Shown: positions 7,522 to 15,584 of the stretch, piece by piece
Layout: each line of letters opens with the position of its first letter
Numbering within the stretch: position 1 is the stretch's first letter
From: an uncultured Myxococcales bacterium
Lineage (GTDB): Bacteria > Myxococcota > UBA4151
DNA length: 15,584 bases
NCBI GenBank assembly: GCA_964013405.1
Contig: CAXGWI010000085.1
Location: forward strand, 1 to 15,584
Direction of reading: 5' to 3'
Position numbers and translations under genes: made by a program
The notes under the pieces: generated by a model
What the model saw: only the letters and a program-made list of their open reading frames with translations
Databases searched by the model: none
What the model was told of the DNA's origin: nothing

Positions 7522-9383
7522 GACAGCAGGACTGCCCAAACCCAGAGTGTGCCAAGCCCATCGATGTCTCCAAACTTCGGCCGGGGATGCAGGCAACCTG
7601 CCCCCATTGTGAAGCGCTCTTCCGTTGTGGTGATTTGCCGGAGACGGGCAAAGGCCGCACACCGCCCCCATTCCAGCCAGGGAGCCATTCTGTGCCGAGT
7701 AACGCCAACCTCTCCGGTGGAAGTCGATTGGAAGTTGAGGGCTTCGAAAATATCGAATTTCTCAGCAAGGGGGCCATGGGTGCCGTTTATCGGGCCCGCG
7801 AGAGCGACCTTGGTCGAAGGGTGGCCATTAAGGTCCTCTCCCCAGAACTCGCCGGGCAAAAGGATTTCATCGTACGGTTTGACCGTGAGGGAAAGACCCT
7901 CGCTTCCGTCGAAAACCAGAACGTGGTTCGGGTGCATCGGATGCTCCCCGGCAAGCTGCGCGACCTTGAGACCCGCAAGACGACAGATGTGTTTACCTTT
8001 GTCATGGAGTTCGTTCACGGACCCCATTTACGGGACTATTTGAGCAAGGGAGACCTCCTGATCCCGCGCTTGGAACTCTTGATGCAGGTGACCCGTGGCG
8101 TTGCGGCTGTGCATCAGGCCGGGGTGGTCCATCGGGATTTGAAGCCCGAGAACATCATGATCGATTTGGACTCAAGGCAGGCGAAGGTGACCGACTTCGG
8201 GCTCGCTTACTTCCTGAAGCGGGACAAGAACTTCGATTTGACGGCGACGAGGATGACGATGGGGACCGTCGCTTACATGCCCCCGGAGCAGACGAAAGAT
8301 GCAAAACGGGTGTATCCGTCAGGTGACGTCTATTCATTGGGCCGAATCGGTTACGAGTTGCTGGCCGGCCAACTGCCCGAAGTCTCTGCGAATCGGGCCG
8401 CGCCCAAACCTTCGGTGTGCAATCCCGAGATTCATCCAGCCTTCGATGACATCATTTTTAAGTGCCTCGAGTTAAACCCGGAGGATCGCTATCAGGATGC
8501 CTCCGAGCTCCTCGCAGCCCTTGAAGCCGCGCAAACTCAGGCGACGGAGACGAGCACTCAAGGAGAGCCACAGACTGCGGTTCTGACGGGGCAGCTCGAG
8601 CCTGTCTGGGCGACCCAGCCCCACCGAGAGGTGACTGGGGGCCAGAGTATCCTCCATCCGCCCCAGTCCCCGGCGCCTGGGGGGGCTGCCCCGAGGGGCA
8701 GCCTGCACCGAGCCGGGATTGCTCTTGCCGTGGGCCTCTTGCTCGGTGGTGTTTTGGTCCGCTTGAGTTGCGCAGGGCCGCCGGAAACACAGGCCACGGA
8801 GGGGGGTGTCGCAGTGGTGAATGACCAGGGACAAGTCCAAGCCCGGATTCATCCGGTCTCCGGTGGGAAAGGGCTGTTTCAGCCTCGCGATGGGCTGTGG
8901 TACCGAGCGGAGGAGTCCGTGGTGGCTCACGATGCGGTGTTGGAGTCAGGGGCCTTGGTCCAAACCTCGGCTGCAACGGTGCGCCAAGAACAGCTTGGGG
9001 CCGGTAAGTTGGCCATCGAACGACGTGTCGCATGGAAAGAAGACGGTGCTGGTGAGGCCCGCAAGGCCTTCGTTGGCGGTATGGTCCCGAGGGTGATCGG
9101 GGTTGGCTTCGAGGATGAGAACGGGGCGAGCTGGGTCCAAATCGATCGGGACAACCGATGCCTGATCGTTGAGGAGGGCAAGGCCCGGGCCTGTGGCCTG
9201 ACGGGGAAGCAGGCTGTGAAGACACCGGCGCGAATTCGCCTGGAGCAAGTCCGTGACCGATTGCGTGTGGTCATCGATTCCACGCGGGAGGTGTCGGAGA
9301 CCCTTGCTGCCCCCACTGGGTCGGCTCGAGTCCTGCTTCTGTGCCAGAATCAGAGCTGTAGTTTCGACCGTCGCCCGAAATAG
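7518..9383 (+). CDS. Membrane Ser/Thr protein kinase with N-terminal zinc ribbon and extracytoplasmic beta domain
   Basis: The GTG start overlaps the upstream stop (GTGA). N-terminal C-x4-C-x16-C-x2-C is followed by kinase motifs SKGAMG, VAIK, FDRE, HRDLKPEN, DFG, GTVAYMPPEQ and DVYSLG. Then come a Pro/Thr/Gln linker, a TM (GIALAVGLLLGGVLV) and a beta-rich C-terminus containing several Cys. Confidence 0.92.
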   Translation: MRQQDCPNPECAKPIDVSKLRPGMQATCPHCEALFRCGDLPETGKGRTPPPFQPGSHSVPSNANLSGGSRLEVEGFENIEFLSKGAMGAVYRARESDLGRRVAIKVLSPELAGQKDFIVRFDREGKTLASVENQNVVRVHRMLPGKLRDLETRKTTDVFTFVMEFVHGPHLRDYLSKGDLLIPRLELLMQVTRGVAAVHQAGVVHRDLKPENIMIDLDSRQAKVTDFGLAYFLKRDKNFDLTATRMTMGTVAYMPPEQTKDAKRVYPSGDVYSLGRIGYELLAGQLPEVSANRAAPKPSVCNPEIHPAFDDIIFKCLELNPEDRYQDASELLAALEAAQTQATETSTQGEPQTAVLTGQLEPVWATQPHREVTGGQSILHPPQSPAPGGAAPRGSLHRAGIALAVGLLLGGVLVRLSCAGPPETQATEGGVAVVNDQGQVQARIHPVSGGKGLFQPRDGLWYRAEESVVAHDAVLESGALVQTSAATVRQEQLGAGKLAIERRVAWKEDGAGEARKAFVGGMVPRVIGVGFEDENGASWVQIDRDNRCLIVEEGKARACGLTGKQAVKTPARIRLEQVRDRLRVVIDSTREVSETLAAPTGSARVLLLCQNQSCSFDRRPK

Positions 9384-9468
9384 AACCGGGCTACCGTCGT
9401 CAGAAGTCTGAATTACGATGGTTGCGACCCTCTAACTGCTCGTGTAGAGCGCAGACCCGGAGTCTCAG

Positions 9469-10527
9469 ATGGCTTCTTTAGCCCGTCACATCTTGATCTG
9501 CTCGGTGATCGTCTCAGGTTCGCCTGCCCTGGCCGGCGGAATCGATGCCCTTTATAGCGCAGAGTCGGTGGAAGTGAAGGCTGATGCGGGCCTATTTACC
9601 CTGCTCTTGGTGGTGAATGCGATGGGCTGGGACGAAGCGGCCAAGACCGGGCCGGCGCCCCTGAGCCGACCCATTTATGACCCCTTGCGGGAAGATGTGC
9701 GCGGCAAGCTCTTTAAGTACCGTAGCCGATATCTGAGCGATGGGGTGATGCGGGAGTTCGAAGACTTTATCACGGGGCACGCTCAGCCCCTTTCCGACTA
9801 TATCGCCTACGTGGCGACCCTCGGGCCCGCACCCCATTTTGAGCCCACGGGGCCAGCCCCGGGGAACGCGGCGAAGTTGAAGGGCCTTGAGAAGTTGATC
9901 GCCAAGGCTTGGAAGCAGGGGCGTCTTGAAGTCTTCATGGGCCGCTTTCGCAGCAAGTTGGTCCACCGGATGCGCACCTTCATGGACAAGCTGGACAAAG
10001 AAACGGCCCAACTCGCCGTCCTGTTTACGGGCGCTGAGAAAGCGAAGGCTGATAGCGATAAGGCCGACTCTGGTGACTCGCTGGAGGACTTGTTTGGTGA
10101 TGAGGGCGGCGATGAAGAATCCGGCGGCGAAGCGGATGTGACGACGAACTTCGAAGCTGTCTCGGCAGCGATTACGCCCACCTGGATTGCCGGTCGCAGT
10201 CTGACGCTGCGAGTTGGTGATCGAGTCGTGATCGTTCTGGGGGGCCACGCGGGAACCGCTGTGGTGCTTGAGGAATTGGTCCTTTCTCGGCTCCGAGGCT
10301 GGGCGGCGGTGGGTGATGCCCCAGTGCAGCCGGAACAGCGTGCTGCCGCCCTCGCAGTGTTGCACTTTACCGGCTTGGTGAGCTCGAAGGAGCCCCTGCC
10401 CCAAACCTGTCGGGAGACCTTGAGTCGCCTGAGCAAAGAGAAGATCCCGCTGAAAGCCCCGGGAGAGGCAAGTCAACTCTTCACGAGCTGTTCTCCCAAA
10501 GCCCCCCAACCGCAAGAGACGGACTGA
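9469..10527 (+). CDS. Hypothetical secreted protein
   Basis: 352 aa ORF with GGAG upstream, a signal peptide ending in an AxA site (…SGSPALA/GG) and an internal acidic linker. It lies 3 nt from the guaB start. Confidence 0.8.
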   Translation: MASLARHILICSVIVSGSPALAGGIDALYSAESVEVKADAGLFTLLLVVNAMGWDEAAKTGPAPLSRPIYDPLREDVRGKLFKYRSRYLSDGVMREFEDFITGHAQPLSDYIAYVATLGPAPHFEPTGPAPGNAAKLKGLEKLIAKAWKQGRLEVFMGRFRSKLVHRMRTFMDKLDKETAQLAVLFTGAEKAKADSDKADSGDSLEDLFGDEGGDEESGGEADVTTNFEAVSAAITPTWIAGRSLTLRVGDRVVIVLGGHAGTAVVLEELVLSRLRGWAAVGDAPVQPEQRAAALAVLHFTGLVSSKEPLPQTCRETLSRLSKEKIPLKAPGEASQLFTSCSPKAPQPQETD

Positions 10528-11988
<1,461 letters not shown>

Positions 11989-11993
11989 CCTCC

Positions 11994-13535
11994 GTGGGTC
12001 GTCCTGTACTCATTCTGGACTTCGGCTCTCAGTATACCCAACTCATCGCACGGCGCGTGCGTGAGTTGGGGATTTATGCCGAGATCTATCCCTTCAACCG
12101 ATCTCGGGCCGAGATCGAGGCTTTTGGCGCCGGCGCGATCATCCTGTCTGGGGGGCCCAACTCGGTCACCAGCGAAGAGGCCCCAACGATCGGTGCGTGG
12201 ATTTTCGAGCAAGGCGTGCCCGTGCTGGGCATTTGCTACGGTCTCCAACTCACCTGTCAGTTGTTGGGGGGGCGAGTCGCCGCCAGTGACGATCGAGAGT
12301 ATGGGCCTGCGGAGATTCGGCTAACGGAAGAAGGCTCGCCCCTGACCCGCGGTCTCTCTGCCGTGCAGGGGGTTTGGATGAGTCACGGGGATCGGGTGGA
12401 AGCCTTACCCGAGGGATTCTCCATCCTGGCCCAGACGGACTCCACGCCCTTCGCCATGATTGGTTGTGAGGCTCGGCAACTCTACGGCGTGCAGTTTCAT
12501 CCCGAGGTGCACCACACCCCTGAGGGCTTGAAGCTGTTACAGAACTTCTGCTTCGGGATCGCTGGGCTCCGCAGCGATTGGAGTATGGCCGACTTCTTGG
12601 AACGCAAGGCGCAAGAGATTCAGGCGCAGGTGGGTTCCGATCGGGTGATTTGCGGCCTCTCTGGTGGCGTGGACTCATCGGTGGTCGCTGCCTTGCTGCA
12701 GCAGGCCATCGGTGACCAGCTCACCTGTATTTTTGTCGACCACGGCATGCTTCGCCAGGGTGAGCGGCAACAGGTTAAGGCACTTTTTGGTTCTCACTTT
12801 GAGTCGGATCTCCGTGTGATCGATGCGGAAGCTGAGTTCCTAGATGCTCTCGCAGGTGTCAGCGACCCAGAGCAGAAGCGGAAGATTATCGGGCGCCTCT
12901 TCGTCGAGGTCTTTGAGCGAGAAGCAAAGGGCCTAGAGGGCGCGAAGTGGTTGGCTCAGGGAACCCTCTATCCAGACGTGATCGAATCGGTATCCCCCTT
13001 GGGCGGCCCCTCGGTGACGATCAAGAGCCACCACAACGTCGGAGGCCTTCCTGAGCGAATGGGCCTTGGCCTTGTCGAGCCCCTGCGTGAGTTGTTCAAA
13101 GATGAGGTTCGGGCGCTGGGCCGAGAGCTGGGCCTGCCCGACCATTTGGTGCAGCGCCATCCATTCCCCGGACCCGGCCTCGCCGTACGCTGTCCCGGGG
13201 TCATCACCCGTGATCGACTGGAGACGCTACGAGCAGCCGACCACATCCTGATCGAGGAGCTCTACAGCAGTGGCTGGTATCACCGCTGCTGGCAGGCCCT
13301 TTGTGTCCTGCTCCCGGTGCGCAGTGTGGGGGTGATGGGGGACGAGCGAACCTACGAGGAGGTTCTGTCGGTGCGGGCGGTGACGAGCACCGATGGTATG
13401 ACCGCTGACTGGGTCCAGCTACCCCACGAACTGCTGGGTCGGATCGCCAGTCGGATTGTGAATGAAGTCCGGGGTGTGAACCGCGTGCTCTACGATATTA
13501 CGAGCAAACCGCCGGGCACGATTGAGTGGGAGTGA
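11994..13535 (+). CDS. guaA: GMP synthase (glutamine-hydrolysing)
   Basis: [23 protein letters not shown] nucleophile, QFHPEV, PP-loop [36 protein letters not shown] and terminal KPPGTIEWE. Confidence 0.99.
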   Translation: MGRPVLILDFGSQYTQLIARRVRELGIYAEIYPFNRSRAEIEAFGAGAIILSGGPNSVTSEEAPTIGAWIFEQGVPVLGICYGLQLTCQLLGGRVAASDDREYGPAEIRLTEEGSPLTRGLSAVQGVWMSHGDRVEALPEGFSILAQTDSTPFAMIGCEARQLYGVQFHPEVHHTPEGLKLLQNFCFGIAGLRSDWSMADFLERKAQEIQAQVGSDRVICGLSGGVDSSVVAALLQQAIGDQLTCIFVDHGMLRQGERQQVKALFGSHFESDLRVIDAEAEFLDALAGVSDPEQKRKIIGRLFVEVFEREAKGLEGAKWLAQGTLYPDVIESVSPLGGPSVTIKSHHNVGGLPERMGLGLVEPLRELFKDEVRALGRELGLPDHLVQRHPFPGPGLAVRCPGVITRDRLETLRAADHILIEELYSSGWYHRCWQALCVLLPVRSVGVMGDERTYEEVLSVRAVTSTDGMTADWVQLPHELLGRIASRIVNEVRGVNRVLYDITSKPPGTIEWE

Positions 13536-13567
13536 GGCCGATCACGAGGACCGGTGATTTTGGCCCC

Positions 13568-13594
13568 TTCAAAAAAAGTGAAAAATGTTTTGAA
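13568..13594. promoter_or_regulatory. AT-rich inverted repeat TTCAAAA-N13-TTTTGAA, candidate operator/promoter element
   Basis: Perfect 7-bp arms at 13568-13574 and 13588-13594 lie in a conspicuously AT-rich patch, about 60 nt upstream of the next gene. Function is inferred only. Confidence 0.4.
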
Positions 13595-13656
13595 TAAAGG
13601 CGCTTGGGCAGCGTCCGGGCACCAACAGGCGCGTAAACCGTCTAGGAGACTTGAAG

Positions 13657-14505
13657 ATGAAAAGGACCCTTGGAGCGATCGCAGTAATCGCCATGATTGG
13701 TGCAGGTGCACCGGCCTTGGCTTCGGACTCAGATCAGGAGTCTCACTGTGCGGTGAAGGTGAAGTCGGGGATGAAGACCGAGCAGATCGGCAACGGTAAG
13801 ATTGATTACAGTCGTTGTGTGATCGTGGTTTATGGCAATGGCGCACCCCCCGCGCTGGGGCCTGGGATGCCGACGGGTCGAGCCCGTATCATGGCCGAAC
13901 GGGCTGCGAAGATGGACGCGCTTCGTAACGTGCTCGAGGTGGTTCGGGGCGTGCGGGTCCAGGGCGAGAGTACCGCCGATGAACTGGCTTTCCAGAACCC
14001 GACGGTTCGCAGCAAGGTTCAGGGGCGGATTCGCCAGTTCAAGACGGTCGAGACGAAGTACTTCGACGATGCCTCTGTCCAGATCACCGTCGAGGTGCCT
14101 TTGTCGAAGGTGACCGGTGGTCTGGTCGAAACAAAAAAGCAGGCGGTCAACACGACGGGGCGGAAAGCCTATACGGGACTTGTGGTGGATGCTCGGGGTA
14201 AGAAGTTCCGTCCCACCGCGTACATGAGCCTTAAGGATGCGAAGGGCGGGGTTCTCTACAGTCCGGGCCATGTGGACGAAGCCGTTCTTCTGGCCGCCGG
14301 TATGAATGCCGCCTACGTGCGGGACCTTAAAGAAGCGAAACAGGCGGAAGGAGTGGCTGGTGCGCCTTTGGTGCTCAAGGTCGCCGCCGCGGATAATAAA
14401 GCGGGTGTGCTAACCGTGTCCGGGCAGGACGCAGATAATCTTCGGCAGGACGACATCGACTACAGCTTCCTGAAGCAGGCTCGTGTCGTTGTGGTCATCG
14501 ACTGA
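13657..14505 (+). CDS. Secreted LPP20/FlgP-like domain protein
   Basis: AGGAG at 13644-13648 favours ATG 13657. Signal peptide ends APALA. LPP20-like motif 'ARIMAERAAKMDALRNVLEVVRGVRV...VRSKVQGRIR' is followed by a second domain beginning 'YTGLVVDARG' and ending 'FLKQARVVVVID'. Confidence 0.75.
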   Translation: MKRTLGAIAVIAMIGAGAPALASDSDQESHCAVKVKSGMKTEQIGNGKIDYSRCVIVVYGNGAPPALGPGMPTGRARIMAERAAKMDALRNVLEVVRGVRVQGESTADELAFQNPTVRSKVQGRIRQFKTVETKYFDDASVQITVEVPLSKVTGGLVETKKQAVNTTGRKAYTGLVVDARGKKFRPTAYMSLKDAKGGVLYSPGHVDEAVLLAAGMNAAYVRDLKEAKQAEGVAGAPLVLKVAAADNKAGVLTVSGQDADNLRQDDIDYSFLKQARVVVVID

Positions 14506-14521
14506 GCCAGGGGGAAAGACC

Positions 14522-15583
14522 ATGTACAGAGCAAGCTTTGCATTGATCGCTGCCACGGGGCTGATTGCCAGTCCCGCCTTGGCGAAGAAGAAGAAAAAGG
14601 TCGTTCAGGTCACCGTATCTGGAATGGCGCAAATCAATGGTAATGAGTCCGATGCGAAGGACCGGGCCCTTGAGGATGCCCAGCGCCAGGCCGTTGAGCA
14701 GGCCATGGGCACGATGCTGACTTCGGAGACGCTGATGGAAAACTATCAGATCGTCTCCGATAAGGTCTTCGCCAAATCCTCCGGCTACATCCGCAAGTAC
14801 AGCATTGTGGACAGCAAGCCCGAGGGTAAAAGCTACAAGGTGACCATCAAAGCCGAGGTCTCCGAAGGGGACTTGGCCAATGATGTGGATGGGCTCCGGA
14901 ACCTTCTGACCATGAAGGGGATGCCTCGGGTCTTCGTCGTCGTGACCGAATCGGTCATGGGTCAAGAAGCCTTTAAGGGCAGCGCGGGGTCCGCCGACTT
15001 CGGTAGCGTCGAGTTGGCCATCATCGAGCGTCTACGGGCCAAGGGCTTCCTGATCGTTGATCCGGATGTGCTTTCGGGCAATGTTGCCCTCCAGAGTGTC
15101 TACCAGAGTGGCAACGTCAACGTCAGTCAAGCCCGGAACATCGGCAAGCTGTCTGGAGCCGACGTGGTGATCTTCGGCAAAGCCAGCGTCACCGACAACG
15201 GTGCGATGCCGGGGATGGGCAGGGGGCGGGCGAATCCCGTCCATGTCTTCCTTGGCAGCACCAATATTCGGGCAGTGAACAGCTCCAACGGGCAGATCCT
15301 CGCAACGAGTTCTGCGACGGCCCACGTCCCCGGAACTTCGATTGGTGGTGCTGCACCCAACGCACTGAAGCGGGCTGGTAAGTCCAGTGCTGCGCAACTG
15401 GTGAGTGGTCTGACGAAGACCTGGTCCAGTGAGTCGTCGAGCGGGGTGCGGATTACGCTGACCATCACGGGTGTGAAGTTCCGTGATGTGAAGAAGGTGA
15501 AAGCCATGCTGTCCAATATGCGTGGGGTGAAGTCGGTCAAGAAGCGTGGCTTCAGCGGCAAGAAGCGGCGGGTGAAGTTTGAC
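14522..15583 (+). CDS. Secreted protein with FlgT N-terminal-like domain plus CsgG/TolB-N-like alpha/beta domain (3' truncated by the window edge)
   Basis: Absent from the ORF track because it has no stop in the window. Manual translation from ATG 14522 gives MYRASFALIAATGLIASPALA/KKKKKVVQVTVSGMAQI...AKDRALEDAQRQAVEQAMGTMLTSETLMENYQIVSDKVFAKSSGYIRKYSIV...YKVTIKAEV...MPRVFVVV...ARNIGKLSGADVVIFGKA...IRAVNSSNGQILA, open to the end. Confidence 0.8.
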   Translation, partial: MYRASFALIAATGLIASPALAKKKKKVVQVTVSGMAQINGNESDAKDRALEDAQRQAVEQAMGTMLTSETLMENYQIVSDKVFAKSSGYIRKYSIVDSKPEGKSYKVTIKAEVSEGDLANDVDGLRNLLTMKGMPRVFVVVTESVMGQEAFKGSAGSADFGSVELAIIERLRAKGFLIVDPDVLSGNVALQSVYQSGNVNVSQARNIGKLSGADVVIFGKASVTDNGAMPGMGRGRANPVHVFLGSTNIRAVNSSNGQILATSSATAHVPGTSIGGAAPNALKRAGKSSAAQLVSGLTKTWSSESSSGVRITLTITGVKFRDVKKVKAMLSNMRGVKSVKKRGFSGKKRRVKFD

Positions 15584-15584
15584 G

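Noticed and set aside
9384..9468. Canonical purine (guanine) riboswitch upstream of guaBA
   Set aside because: The conserved purine-riboswitch junction and loop nucleotides are not present. It is kept only as a speculative structured leader.
13536..13577. Rho-independent terminator after guaA
   Set aside because: The hairpin is followed by CCTTC and an A-run rather than a U-tract, and the geometry does not fit the minus strand either.
13604..13622. GG-N10-GC spacing resembling a sigma54 promoter
   Set aside because: It lacks the TGGCAC and TTGC context, so the match is too weak in GC-rich DNA.
13554..13799. 81-aa plus-strand ORF in the guaA downstream spacer
   Set aside because: It crosses the AT-rich spacer and overlaps the LPP20-like gene out of frame, with no protein-like features.

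Overview
GC-rich bacterial chromosomal segment, probably Myxococcota-like (inferred from gene content and order), tightly packed and almost entirely on the + strand. In order: the 3' end of a probable recJ; two hypothetical envelope genes; a Tgl/PilF-type TPR pilotin lipoprotein; a short RodZ-like HTH membrane protein; recO; a convergent minus-strand helical membrane protein; two overlapping Hanks-type Ser/Thr kinases (a kinase-P-loop NTPase-TPR protein and a zinc-ribbon-kinase-TM receptor); a secreted hypothetical protein followed by guaB and guaA; then an AT-rich spacer and two secreted LPP20/FlgP-like and FlgT-N-like genes. The last gene runs off the window and is missing from the supplied ORF track. 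I saw no RNA genes, mobile elements or CRISPR arrays. This is mostly core genome and no clearly novel system is demonstrable from the sequence alone. The best leads are the coupled kinase pair, the secreted possible pseudo-zincin and structured leader ahead of guaBA, and the FlgP/FlgT-like pair outside a flagellar context. All family assignments come from motif recognition by eye, not database searches.
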